Shown here: positions 48,448 to 58,403 of the stretch, in pieces
Position numbering within the stretch: position 1 is the stretch's first letter
How the letters are laid out: every line of letters starts with the position of its first letter
NCBI GenBank assembly: GCA_001602415.1
Contig: CP012155.1
Location: 1,718,718 to 1,782,717, forward strand
Direction of reading: 5' to 3'
DNA: 64,000 nucleotides
Origin: Bacteroidetes bacterium UKL13-3
GTDB taxonomy: Bacteria > Bacteroidota > Bacteroidia > UKL13-3
Translations under genes and position numbers: made by a program
The notes under the pieces: generated by a model
Database searches by the model: none
Seen by the model: only the letters and a program-made list of their open reading frames with translations
Told to the model about the DNA's origin: nothing

Positions 48448-50312
48448 ACAAAGTAGTAAATATTAACTTAAACGGGTTGGTTTTTAGTATTGATGAAACC
48501 GCTTACGAAACACTAAAGTCATACATTGAAGGACTAAAGCAACATTTTCAAGGAACAGAGGGTGCAGCTGAAATCATTGCAGATATTGAAGCTCGAATTG
48601 CTGAACTGTTGCAAGCTAAGATTTCGGACACATACATGGTTATTCAATTATTGGATGTAAACGAAATAATATCCCTAATGGGCGATCCCCGCGAAATTGG
48701 TGGTGAAGAAGAGTCATCAACCACTAAGCAAAACAAACAACATTATTCCGCAAGTGGTGTAAAGCAATTAAGGAGAGATGCAAACCATAAAACATTGGGT
48801 GGCGTTTGTTCGGGGTTGGCAAATTATTTTGGTATTGATACTATCATTCCCCGTATGCTTTTTTTAGTGGCATTTTTCGCGTTCGGAACAGGTTTGTTAG
48901 CGTATTTTATTATGTGGATTCTAATCCCAGAGGCAACAACAACTGAATCACTCGAACAACCAGCAAACATTAAACGGTTGTTTCGCAATTCGGATGATAA
49001 AAAGGTAGGCGGAGTGTGCTCGGGTGCTGCAGAGTATTTCGGAATTGATCCCGTGTGGATTCGTTTGGCGTTTTTAATAGCTTTTTTTGTTTTTGGAACA
49101 GGCTTTTTAGCTTACATCATTCTATGGATAGCCATTCCCGAAGCCAAAACATCGGCTGAAAAATTGCAAATGAAGGGCGCTGCAATTGATGTATCTAATA
49201 TCGAAAAAATGGTGAGGGATACACTCGGAAAATCGGGTGATCAATTTAAAACAGGAGCAGCAAATGTATCGCAAAGTGTGGGACAAGCAGGTAGTGCATT
49301 AACACAAATGCTGCGAACGTTATTTAAAATGATGGGTAAATTAATAGGAGCCTTTTTATTGTTGTTAGCTGTAATTTTTATCGGTGTAATTGTATTTTTT
49401 TGGAACTATTCCTTCGCTGAAATTCTTGCGAAACTCGACATCACTGATTACTACAGCTATTTTCAATGGGGTTTGGGATTATTTGCCTTTTCCATCGCTG
49501 CCCTTATAATGTTAACAGGTATTAAAATAATGTTTCATACGCGGTTAAAAATAAAATGGGTTGCATTATTACTTATCGTTTGTATGGTTGTGGGAATATC
49601 GTTGCTGCTCAATTTTGGCGTAATGTATAAAAATGGCGTATCGGAAAAAGAGGTTATTAAAAGTCCAACATTAACTGCTGTTTGTCCTGATACAGTTTAC
49701 ATCAAAACAGCCGACACCATTGATGAAGATGTTACCGAAGAAATTGAGCTCAATAATCAGAGTAAACGAAACTCTTTTAAAATGTCATACACAAAAGATT
49801 TAATTAAGGTTTTTCACAATACTCATTTAACCCTAAAGCCATCAAAAAATGACAGTTTACAATTGAGCGTGTTTAAATCGGCAAGAGGAGGATCAGAGAA
49901 GCAAGCAAGGGAGAATGCGCAACAAATTATTTTCAAACACGAACTTGTCGGTAATACATTAACCCTTGATAAAGGAGTTGTTTTAGCTGCGAATACGCCT
50001 TTTAAATTTCAACAAGTTTTTGCCAAATTGAAAGTGCCTGTGGGAACAATCTTGATTGTAGATAAGGCCATAATGAAAATGATTAACACACACTACGAAG
50101 AAGATTTTGATATAGGAGAAACATTTAAAATGACTTCAAAAGGTTTAAAATGTTTAGATTGTATGGATACTCAAGAGGAAGATACAGAATTGGATATAGA
50201 TTGGGATAACGAAAACGGAGACATGAATATTCGGATTGGTTCAGATGACAGGGCAACATCTAGCCAAACGGAAATAATAAAGGAGGGTAACAACAAAATG
50301 AAGGTACAATAA
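48444..50312 (+). CDS. PspC-domain membrane protein (two PspC domains, long C-terminal extension)
   Basis: Two copies of the TLGGVCSGLANYFGID...RMLFLVAFF / KVGGVCSGAAEYFGIDPVWIRLAFLIAFF PspC motif. Translationally overlaps padR (ATGA). Confidence 0.8.
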   Translation: MNKVVNINLNGLVFSIDETAYETLKSYIEGLKQHFQGTEGAAEIIADIEARIAELLQAKISDTYMVIQLLDVNEIISLMGDPREIGGEEESSTTKQNKQHYSASGVKQLRRDANHKTLGGVCSGLANYFGIDTIIPRMLFLVAFFAFGTGLLAYFIMWILIPEATTTESLEQPANIKRLFRNSDDKKVGGVCSGAAEYFGIDPVWIRLAFLIAFFVFGTGFLAYIILWIAIPEAKTSAEKLQMKGAAIDVSNIEKMVRDTLGKSGDQFKTGAANVSQSVGQAGSALTQMLRTLFKMMGKLIGAFLLLLAVIFIGVIVFFWNYSFAEILAKLDITDYYSYFQWGLGLFAFSIAALIMLTGIKIMFHTRLKIKWVALLLIVCMVVGISLLLNFGVMYKNGVSEKEVIKSPTLTAVCPDTVYIKTADTIDEDVTEEIELNNQSKRNSFKMSYTKDLIKVFHNTHLTLKPSKNDSLQLSVFKSARGGSEKQARENAQQIIFKHELVGNTLTLDKGVVLAANTPFKFQQVFAKLKVPVGTILIVDKAIMKMINTHYEEDFDIGETFKMTSKGLKCLDCMDTQEEDTELDIDWDNENGDMNIRIGSDDRATSSQTEIIKEGNNKMKVQ

Positions 50313-50476
50313 AAATAGTTGGTAAGGCTTCTATTAACCAAAAGGTTGAAAAGGATGATAATGACTAGTATTAACTAGCTGATTATACACATACTTGCAA
50401 AAACATTTGATAAAACTTGTAATTCACAGTAAAAACCCATTATTTGCCATCACACAGTTGTAAGCAATTACTTGTA

Positions 50477-50857
50477 ATGACCAAGAAGAAAAAAATACGT
50501 TTAGAATTTCCCATCAAGGCGTCACCGTCTATGTTGTACAATTATATTAGCACACCTTCAGGTTTATCTCAATGGTTTTCCGATGATGTTGATATTTACA
50601 ATAACTTTTACAAGTTTAAATGGGGCAATGATGAGCAAGTTGCAGAAGTGCTCAGAAAAACCTCAAATAAGGCTATTAAATTTAAGTGGAGAGACACCCC
50701 TGACGAAGAGTTTTTTGAGTTTGAAATTGTTCAAGATGAGCTCACAGATGATGTAGCTTTGGTAATAACCGATTTTGTTGATGCAAATGATGAAAAAAAT
50801 GCATCTCAACTTTGGGACAGTCAAATACACGAATTAAAAATGAACATAGGAGCTTAA
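50477..50857 (+). CDS. SRPBCC/START-like (AHSA1-type) small protein
   Basis: 126-137 aa with a ...LSQWFSDDV... pattern typical of Bet v1-like/AHSA1 domain proteins; an earlier ATG lies at 50444. Confidence 0.5.
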   Translation: MTKKKKIRLEFPIKASPSMLYNYISTPSGLSQWFSDDVDIYNNFYKFKWGNDEQVAEVLRKTSNKAIKFKWRDTPDEEFFEFEIVQDELTDDVALVITDFVDANDEKNASQLWDSQIHELKMNIGA

Positions 50858-51453
50858 ACAGCTCCTTTTTTTATGCTTAACGTGGTTAGCCATTCGGAAT
50901 AAACCTTATCAATAATGTTAGGCAGTTTTGTATGATTACGTAAAGCAATTTTGCGCGAAAGTTTCAAATAGGTTCGAGTGCTAATAAGTTCCTTTATATC
51001 CTCAAAAGAAAGTTTTGATAGTTTACAAAATTCGGTTGAATACAAATCTTGTTCCCATAAATTTTCGCCAACCAATACGCGTGTTTTACTGAGTTGCTGG
51101 ATAGCAATTGTATTTTGCTTAGTAGTTAGATGGGTTGTTTTAATAATAAGGTTACAGCTAAAATAATGTCCCCACCAAAACATGGTACGCATAACCAAGT
51201 CAACATTACCACCTTTAATTTGAGGATAATCAAGCACCATATAGGGTAGTTTTTGATACTGTTCGCCTCTGGTAATCTTAAATTCGTTATGCTGCGTGTA
51301 TTCCTGATATAACGGGTTTTGACTTAATTTCTGACCACAATCAACAAACAATTGCTGTGTTTTTTGTATCACCGAATGTTTGGTTTCCGGATATATTGTA
51401 TCAGAAGCAAAATCCAGTTCATGTTTTGTCAGTTTAATTGTCGATTTTCGCAT
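50854..51453 (-). CDS. hypothetical protein
   Basis: 199-aa ORF, no recognised domain; convergent with the preceding gene (4-bp overlap). Confidence 0.45.
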   Translation of the reverse strand: MRKSTIKLTKHELDFASDTIYPETKHSVIQKTQQLFVDCGQKLSQNPLYQEYTQHNEFKITRGEQYQKLPYMVLDYPQIKGGNVDLVMRTMFWWGHYFSCNLIIKTTHLTTKQNTIAIQQLSKTRVLVGENLWEQDLYSTEFCKLSKLSFEDIKELISTRTYLKLSRKIALRNHTKLPNIIDKVYSEWLTTLSIKKGAV

Positions 51454-51477
51454 TTCGTAAAAAAAAGATCAATATCA

Positions 51478-52905
51478 TTGAAAAAACTCAATAAACTTAT
51501 CACGTTTCAGTTTTTCCAAACATTTCTACCCACATTTTTTGTGGTACTATTCATACTGCTTATGCAGTTTATATGGGTGTATATAGATGACATGGCAGGT
51601 AAAGGATTAACGTTGATAACCATTGCCCAGTTAATGTTTTATTTCTCGGCAAGTATCATTCCGTTGGCATTACCATTATCAATTTTATTAGCCTCCATCA
51701 TGACCTTTGGCAACTTAGGTGAAACCTATGAGTTGATTGCTGCCAAAGCTGCAGGAATTTCCATTTGGCGCATTTTTCGTCCTATGTTTTACTTAATGAT
51801 TTTGTTGAGCATTTTCGGTTTTTTTGTTTCCAATATACTTATTCCAAAGGCTACACTGAAATACAAAGCGTTACTGTATGATATCAAACAACAAAAACCT
51901 GCTTTATTAATTAAAGAGGGCGTTTTTTATAATGGTATCGAAGGTATTAGTATGCGTGTGGGTAAAAAAGATCCTGTTACCAACGAGCTTGAAGATATTG
52001 TGATTTATGATAATAGATCCTTAGGTGGTAAGGCGGTTATTATTACGGCTGAGTCGGGAAAAATGCACATGAGTGCTGATGAGCGCTACTTGTTTTTTAC
52101 CTTATATAATGGTTCTCGATACGAGGAAATGGACAAACAGAAAGGCTATGAGCGCACGCAACCACATTCAATGCTCAATTTTTCGGAAGAGGAAATAGTG
52201 TTTGATATGTTCGCTTTTAACTTAAATCGTACCGATGAAAGTCTATTTAAAGATGGCTACCAAATATTAAATGTTATACAGTTGCAACACAAAATAGACT
52301 CACTTGCCGAACTTGTGAATATTCGCAAAACAACACCCATCCATTATTATAATCTTTACTTAAAAATAAATGATTCGTTATACGGGAAATACATCCCAAA
52401 GCCAATGATTGTAGAGGAAAACGAGTTAATGAATGACGTTTTGATAAACAAGCAAATGATTATTAGCAATGCACTCAATAACGCCCGAACAGTTAAGTCA
52501 GTTTTGGATTATACCTCTACAGATGTTGCCGATACTCAAAAACTATCAGTTAGATATAATATTGAATGGCACAAAAAATACACATTATCGGTAGCTTGTT
52601 TTATTATGTTTTTTATAGGGGCACCACTTGGAAGCATTATTCGAAAAGGAGGTTTCGGAATGCCAGTGGTTATTTCCGTTCTATTGTATATTGTGTTTCA
52701 TGTTGTTTCAATTACAGGCGAAAAGATGGCCAAAACAGGCACATCAACACCTCAATCTGGAATGTGGTTAGCTATAATGTTTCTTGCTCCAGTTGGTATT
52801 TTTCTTACCTATCAAGCAGCGAATGATTCTGGTTTGTTTGATAAATCTGCTTGGGTAAAATTGGCTAATCGCATCATTCACACCTTCAAAAAGAAAACGG
52901 CCTAA
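51478..52905 (+). CDS. LptF/LptG-family permease (YjgP/YjgQ)
   Basis: Six TM segments with a large periplasmic loop; N-terminus (L)KKLNKLITFQFFQTFLPTFF matches the LptG-type start. Proposed TTG start at 51478 (alternative ATG at 51421, which would overlap the upstream gene). Confidence 0.7.
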   Translation: MKKLNKLITFQFFQTFLPTFFVVLFILLMQFIWVYIDDMAGKGLTLITIAQLMFYFSASIIPLALPLSILLASIMTFGNLGETYELIAAKAAGISIWRIFRPMFYLMILLSIFGFFVSNILIPKATLKYKALLYDIKQQKPALLIKEGVFYNGIEGISMRVGKKDPVTNELEDIVIYDNRSLGGKAVIITAESGKMHMSADERYLFFTLYNGSRYEEMDKQKGYERTQPHSMLNFSEEEIVFDMFAFNLNRTDESLFKDGYQILNVIQLQHKIDSLAELVNIRKTTPIHYYNLYLKINDSLYGKYIPKPMIVEENELMNDVLINKQMIISNALNNARTVKSVLDYTSTDVADTQKLSVRYNIEWHKKYTLSVACFIMFFIGAPLGSIIRKGGFGMPVVISVLLYIVFHVVSITGEKMAKTGTSTPQSGMWLAIMFLAPVGIFLTYQAANDSGLFDKSAWVKLANRIIHTFKKKTA

Positions 52906-52911
52906 TTCTCC

Positions 52912-54108
52912 ATGCGCATTCTTCAACTTATTAACCGCGTACCTTGGCCTTTAACAGATGGTGGAGCTATAGGTTATTACAATGCAATTAAAGGATATCA
53001 TGATGCTGGCTGTGATGTTACGGTGCTTGCTTTAAATACAACTAAACACTATGTAGAGATTATACCTAACGAATTATTATCCATTGCAACGTGGCATACT
53101 CTTGATATTGATAATAGGGTAAAGGTGCTTCCGGCATTGCTTAATCTTTTACAATCATCGTCTTACCATGTCAATCGATTTATTTCTGAAGCATGCGAGT
53201 TGAAACTAAAAGAATTATTGCAACAACAAACATTTGATGTTATAGTGTTTGAGAGTTTGTTTATGATGCCTTACCTTGGGCTTGTGCGCAGTAATAGTAA
53301 GGCCATTTGCGTATTGCGACAATACAATGTTGAGCATGTTATTTGGAATAAACTAGCCCAAAGTGAAACTAATATCTTTAAAAAATGGTATTTAAAAATA
53401 TTAGCAAAACGACTATTTCATTTCGAACAATCAGTAATCAATCAAGTAGATGTTTTAACAACCTTATCAGAAGATGACGCAAAACAATTGTTTGAAATAG
53501 GTTGCGGCAAAGCCATACATATTTCTCCTTTGGGAATAACAGTTCCAGAAATGAATAGTGCAAGCCAAACCAATGGTATTTTCCATTTAGGTTCAATGGA
53601 TTGGCAGCCTAATATTGAGGCAATGGAGTGGTTTGTGCAACAAGTATGGCCTCAACTAGAAAAAGTCCATCCTAACATCACCTTTTATATGGCCGGTAAA
53701 AATATGCCGTCTCATTTCAAACAATATGAATCGAATAGGTTAAAAGTCATTGGTAGTGTAGAGGATGCTGTTGCATTTATGCAGAGCAAACAAATAATGA
53801 TTGTTCCCTTGTTTTCAGGAAGTGGCATAAGGGTGAAGATACTGGAAGGAATGGCTTTAGGGAAAGCTATTATTTCCAGTTCACTCGGTGCTCAAGGTAT
53901 TGATTGTGAAAACGGCAAAAACATTCTAATAGCAAACACGGCAGATGAGTTTTGTCAGTGTATCGGGCAATTACTCAACAATCCCGTACTTTGCGAATCA
54001 CTTGGCAAACAGGCTCGAAAATTGGTATCTGAAAAATATTCTAACACAAAAATAACAGCTGATGTGTTAAGATTTTATAAGCAGCAACTCACTCAAAAGG
54101 GTAATTGA
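52912..54108 (+). CDS. GT4-family glycosyltransferase
   Basis: C-terminal GT-B motif (EGMALGKAIISSSLGAQGI...NILIA). Confidence 0.8.
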   Translation: MRILQLINRVPWPLTDGGAIGYYNAIKGYHDAGCDVTVLALNTTKHYVEIIPNELLSIATWHTLDIDNRVKVLPALLNLLQSSSYHVNRFISEACELKLKELLQQQTFDVIVFESLFMMPYLGLVRSNSKAICVLRQYNVEHVIWNKLAQSETNIFKKWYLKILAKRLFHFEQSVINQVDVLTTLSEDDAKQLFEIGCGKAIHISPLGITVPEMNSASQTNGIFHLGSMDWQPNIEAMEWFVQQVWPQLEKVHPNITFYMAGKNMPSHFKQYESNRLKVIGSVEDAVAFMQSKQIMIVPLFSGSGIRVKILEGMALGKAIISSSLGAQGIDCENGKNILIANTADEFCQCIGQLLNNPVLCESLGKQARKLVSEKYSNTKITADVLRFYKQQLTQKGN

Positions 54109-54127
54109 TGTTTTGTATATTTGAATA

Positions 54128-54280
54128 ATGGAAAAAGCGACTGTAACTTTATTAGAGACAGAACAACAAAAATTTCTCATGAGAATGAAAATGACTCATG
54201 AAGATAGGTTTCGTGCGTTTATGAAAGCCACTCGTTTCAAAGCGAAACTGAAACAAGCAACCATCATTAAACCCAATTAA
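54128..54280 (+). CDS. 50-aa ORF (MEKATVTLLETEQQKFLMRMKMTHEDRFRAFMKATRFKAKLKQATIIKPN), 4 bp upstream of the nucleotidyltransferase-like gene; putative partner/antitoxin
   Basis: Found by manual translation (below the ORF-track size cutoff). Basic/helical. Tight spacing suggests co-transcription. Confidence 0.3.
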   Translation: MEKATVTLLETEQQKFLMRMKMTHEDRFRAFMKATRFKAKLKQATIIKPN

Positions 54281-54283
54281 AGA

Positions 54284-54763
54284 ATGGATATTAGTGATGA
54301 AGAGATTATCGAATTTTGGAAACGATTGTATCAATCCAAAGTTGAGGATATAATGGTTGGAGCATTTGCGGTGATGCTACATGGAGGAACCCGCACTACA
54401 GAAGACATTGATATCTGGATAAAAGATTCAATTGAAAACCGAAAAAAGTTAAAAGTCGTTTTTGAAATGTATGGTTATCCTAGTTTAATCAACTTTGAAA
54501 CAATGGAGTTTGTGCCTGGTTGCACTACCCTCTGCATTTCAAGCGGTATAGAATTAGACATTACGACTAAACTTTCGGGCTTTGAGCAAGAACGTTTTAA
54601 CGAATGCCTTGCAATGAGTTACAGAGCCGTTATAGATGGAATAGAAGTCCCTTTTTTACATATCAATCATCTGATACAAGAAAAAGCCAAGGTTGCCCAT
54701 CCTAAGGATTTAATAGATTTAGAAGAGCTCGAAAGAATCAAGCAATACCAAGAAAATAAGTAA
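54284..54763 (+). CDS. small nucleotidyltransferase-fold protein (AbiEii/MNT-like)
   Basis: [23 protein letters not shown] resembles the G-x(n)-HG...R.T.D[IL]D NTase motif of AbiEii-/MNT-type proteins; 159 aa. Confidence 0.45.
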   Translation: MDISDEEIIEFWKRLYQSKVEDIMVGAFAVMLHGGTRTTEDIDIWIKDSIENRKKLKVVFEMYGYPSLINFETMEFVPGCTTLCISSGIELDITTKLSGFEQERFNECLAMSYRAVIDGIEVPFLHINHLIQEKAKVAHPKDLIDLEELERIKQYQENK

Positions 54764-54766
54764 CAA

Positions 54767-55966
54767 ATGAGTTTCCAATTTAATACCATAGAAGAAGCCG
54801 TAGAAGATATCCGCAACGGTAAAGTAGTGATCGTTGTAGATGATGAAGACCGTGAGAATGAAGGCGATTTTTTAACAGCTGCCCGCAATGTAACACCCGA
54901 AGTGATTAACTTCATGGCCACACATGGACGGGGTTTGATTTGCACACCCATCACACCTCAACGTTGTGATGAGTTGGAATTAAATTTAATGGTAACGGAT
55001 AACAATGCCGTTCATGAAACTGCCTTTACTATATCAATAGATTTATTAGGTAGGGGCTGCACAACAGGAATTTCAGCTCACGACAGAGCTAAAACCGTTC
55101 AAGCATTAATTGATCCCAATACTAAACCTGATGAGCTAGGTAAACCAGGTCATATTTTTCCACTTAAAGCGCAAGCCGATGGTGTATTGCGCAGAGCAGG
55201 ACATACTGAAGCTGCTATTGATTTGGCGCGTTTGGCGGGCTTTGAACCAGCAGGTTGTATTGTAGAGATATTAAATGAAGATGGTTCGATGGCACGTTTG
55301 CCCGATTTAATTAAAGTGGCAGAACGTTTTCAATTAAAGCTAATTACTATTAAAGATTTAATCGTGTATCGCCTACAAAAAGAATCGTTGGTTCGCAGAA
55401 TTATTTCGGTGGAAATGCCAACCCAATATGGCGATTTTGAACTTATAGCTTTTGAGCAAAAAGATACTGGACAGGAACATTTGGCGCTAATAAAAGGATC
55501 ATGGGAACCGGGAGAACCTGTTTTGGTTAGAGTGCATTCATCGTGTGTAACAGGTGATATTTTTCACAGCATGCGTTGCGACTGTGGCGACCAGTTACAA
55601 AAGGCTATGGAAATGATTGATCAAGAAGGACGGGGCGTGATTATTTATATCAACCAAGAAGGCAGAGGTATCGGACTTATCAATAAACTTAAAGCTTATA
55701 AACTGCAGGAACAAGGTTTGGACACAGTAGATGCTAACGTAAAACTTGGCTTTAAACCTGATGAACGTGATTACGGGGTGGGAGCACAAATGCTGCGTAA
55801 TATAGGAGTGCAGAAAATGCGCTTAATGACTAATAATCCTACCAAACGTGCCGGCTTAATTGGTTACGGATTGGAGATTGTTGAAAATGTAGCGTTGCAC
55901 GTGGCTTCAAACCCACACAATAAAAAATACATTGAAACCAAGCAGAATCGCATGGGACATGACTAG
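54767..55966 (+). CDS. ribBA: bifunctional 3,4-dihydroxy-2-butanone-4-phosphate synthase / GTP cyclohydrolase II
   Basis: N-terminal DHBP synthase block ([11 protein letters not shown]) and C-terminal GCH-II Cys cluster (CVTGD...MRCDCG). Confidence 0.9.
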   Translation: MSFQFNTIEEAVEDIRNGKVVIVVDDEDRENEGDFLTAARNVTPEVINFMATHGRGLICTPITPQRCDELELNLMVTDNNAVHETAFTISIDLLGRGCTTGISAHDRAKTVQALIDPNTKPDELGKPGHIFPLKAQADGVLRRAGHTEAAIDLARLAGFEPAGCIVEILNEDGSMARLPDLIKVAERFQLKLITIKDLIVYRLQKESLVRRIISVEMPTQYGDFELIAFEQKDTGQEHLALIKGSWEPGEPVLVRVHSSCVTGDIFHSMRCDCGDQLQKAMEMIDQEGRGVIIYINQEGRGIGLINKLKAYKLQEQGLDTVDANVKLGFKPDERDYGVGAQMLRNIGVQKMRLMTNNPTKRAGLIGYGLEIVENVALHVASNPHNKKYIETKQNRMGHD

Positions 55967-56194
55967 TGGATAGTTAATTGGTTACTTAGTTGATTGGTTA
56001 ATAAGTCAGTTTGAGCAGCCAGGGTGCTGATTTTGAAATATCGCTATGAACTATATTCCATCAACCATGAACTAATTACCGCAGGCCTCACTTCGGTGAA
56101 CTCAGTTTGACATCATTACTAATTAGCACTATCACTATGAACTATTATCTATCAACTCTTCAATAAATCTCAATTCCTAAATCTCAAATTTCAT

Positions 56195-56584
56195 ATGCTT
56201 TTTCCATTCCAACTCGGTTCTGTTAAAACTTACACCAAGCTTGTTGAACAAGCTGATACTGCAACTTTCGAATCGGGTGAAGTACACCCAGTGTATGCTA
56301 CGTTTTCCTTGGGAAGAGATGCCGAATGGGCGTGTCGTTTATTTGTGCTCGAGATGAAAGAAGATGACGAAGAAGGAATTGGCACTTTTTTAAAGATTGA
56401 ACACGCATCTCCGGCATTGTTAGGTTCAACGGTTGTGTTTGAAGCTACCTTGCAATCTGCCATTGGAAACTCTGTAATATGCAGTTTTACAGCTAAGGTA
56501 GGAGATAGGTTAGTGGCCTTTGGAGAAACAGGACAAAAGATTTTAAAGAAAGAAAAATTAAACGCTATTTTTGGCTCGATTTGA
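56195..56584 (+). CDS. hotdog-fold thioesterase-like protein
   Basis: 129 aa; pattern resembling FlK/4HBT-type thioesterases; translationally coupled (ATGA) to the SDR gene. Confidence 0.45.
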   Translation: MLFPFQLGSVKTYTKLVEQADTATFESGEVHPVYATFSLGRDAEWACRLFVLEMKEDDEEGIGTFLKIEHASPALLGSTVVFEATLQSAIGNSVICSFTAKVGDRLVAFGETGQKILKKEKLNAIFGSI

Positions 56585-57381
56585 TGAACAAAATGATTAT
56601 AAACTTACAAGGTAAAAACGCACTCGTTTGCGGTGCTTCACGAGGAATTGGTAATGCTATTGCCAAACAATTTGCCGCTTTGGGAGCCAATGTAACATTG
56701 GTGTCGCGCAGCGAGTCGATTTTGGAGCGTATTGTACGCGACTTGGATACCAGCCTCGGTCAAAAACATGATTTTATTGCAGCCGATTTTAACAAGCCGG
56801 ATGAATTAAGAGAAAAACTGCAGGCTAAAATTCACGAACCGAAAGTATACCATATTTTAGTAAACAATACCGGGGGACCACCTGCAGGGTTGGCCATTGA
56901 TGCCGAGTTGCATGAGTATACTACTGCATTCACTCAACATTTATTATGTAACCAAGTTTTGGTACAGGCTGTAGTTGATGGCATGCGCGCCTCGGGCTAT
57001 GGGCGTATTATCAATATCATTTCTACTTCGGTTAAAATTCCATTGAAAGGCTTAGGAGTTAGCAATAGTATTCGCGGAGCTGTTGGTAATTGGAGTAAAA
57101 CGCTTGCCAATGAATTAGGACAATACGGAATAACCGTAAACAATATTTTACCGGGTGCAACCGCTACCGATCGGTTAACTCAAATTATTGAAGGAAAAGC
57201 CAACAAACAACATCATTCCATTGAAGATGTTAGCAAAGAGATGACGGATGAAATTCCGTTGGGCCGTTTTGCAAAACCAGAGGAACCTGCTTATGCTGCC
57301 GCATTTTTGGCCAGTGAATTTGCCGCATACATAACCGGAATCAATGTTCCTGTAGATGGCGGTCGCACCGGAAATTTATAA
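56581..57381 (+). CDS. SDR-family oxidoreductase (FabG-like)
   Basis: GASRGIGNAIA, NNTG and a Y..K catalytic motif. Confidence 0.85.
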   Translation: MMNKMIINLQGKNALVCGASRGIGNAIAKQFAALGANVTLVSRSESILERIVRDLDTSLGQKHDFIAADFNKPDELREKLQAKIHEPKVYHILVNNTGGPPAGLAIDAELHEYTTAFTQHLLCNQVLVQAVVDGMRASGYGRIINIISTSVKIPLKGLGVSNSIRGAVGNWSKTLANELGQYGITVNNILPGATATDRLTQIIEGKANKQHHSIEDVSKEMTDEIPLGRFAKPEEPAYAAAFLASEFAAYITGINVPVDGGRTGNL

Positions 57382-57409
57382 TTCAACTAACCCAAAAAAC
57401 AATATACCA

Positions 57410-58294
57410 ATGAAAAGACAAACACTAAAATCAACAGTTGTAGCATTAGCTATGAGTGCTGCAATGAGTTTAAATGCTCAAACCATTCCATTTCCTCAAC
57501 CAAGTCCTTTGGCTACGTTCAGTCAAAACTTCGCAACCTCAAAAATTGACGTTTCATATTCTCGTCCAGGTGTTAAAGGACGGAAAATTTATGGAGATGT
57601 TGTTCCTTTCGGAAAACTATGGCGCACAGGTGCTAACGGTGCAACCAATATTACCTTTGGGGAAGATGTAAAACTGAACGGAAATGATGTAAAAGCTGGT
57701 AAATACGGACTGTTGGCTATTCCATCTGAGTCGGAATGGACAATCATAATCACAAAAGATTTAACCGTAACCAGCGAAGATGCCTACAAAAAAGAAAATG
57801 ATGTAGCACGTTTCCAAGTTAAACCAGCTAAGTTGAATGATGCTGTTGAGACATTTACCATTGAAGTATCAAACATTAAAAACACTGAAGCTGATGTTCA
57901 AATAAAATGGGAAAATACAGCTGTGAGTTTTAAGGTTACTACCGATTATGATGCTCGTATTTCTAAACAAATTGAAGATGTAATGGCTAAAGATACACGC
58001 CCTTACTCGGGAGCAGCGAGTTATTATTTGGAAAATGGCAAAGATTTAAATAAAGCGTTGGATTGGATTAACAAAGCCATTGCTTCAAATCCTATGGCCT
58101 ATTGGAATGTATTGACAAAAGCTAAAATTCAAGTTGCTTTAAAAGACTATAATGGCGCAATGGCAACCTCTATGGAATCATGGAATATCGCCAAAGAGAG
58201 TAATGATGTATCATACATGAAACGTAACGAAGAATTGCAGGCTCAAATTAAAGCGAACCCTGCATACAAACCGGCACCGGCTAAAAAGAAATAA
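57410..58294 (+). CDS. DUF2911-like secreted protein
   Basis: Signal peptide MKRQTLKSTVVALAMSAAMSLNAQ. YSRPGVKGRKIYGDVVPFGKLWRTGANGATNITF matches the DUF2911 core. Confidence 0.6.
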   Translation: MKRQTLKSTVVALAMSAAMSLNAQTIPFPQPSPLATFSQNFATSKIDVSYSRPGVKGRKIYGDVVPFGKLWRTGANGATNITFGEDVKLNGNDVKAGKYGLLAIPSESEWTIIITKDLTVTSEDAYKKENDVARFQVKPAKLNDAVETFTIEVSNIKNTEADVQIKWENTAVSFKVTTDYDARISKQIEDVMAKDTRPYSGAASYYLENGKDLNKALDWINKAIASNPMAYWNVLTKAKIQVALKDYNGAMATSMESWNIAKESNDVSYMKRNEELQAQIKANPAYKPAPAKKK

Positions 58295-58311
58295 TCAGTA
58301 GTTTATTCTAA

Positions 58312-58353
58312 TAAAAAAACGCATCATTCTTCATTGAGTGATGCGTTTTTTTG
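58312..58353. terminator. bidirectional rho-independent terminator between convergent genes
   Basis: A7-ACGCATCA-(12-nt loop)-TGATGCGT-T7: perfect 8-bp stem flanked by A and T runs. Confidence 0.7.
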
Positions 58354-58403
58354 ATCCCGAGAATTACGCGAATTAAATTGAATTGGCGTAATCTGCGGCT
58401 ATC

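Noticed and set aside
54152-54334. 60-aa minus-strand ORF
   Set aside because: It overlaps the better-supported plus-strand 50-aa ORF/NTase cassette and the GT4 3' flank; antisense artifact.
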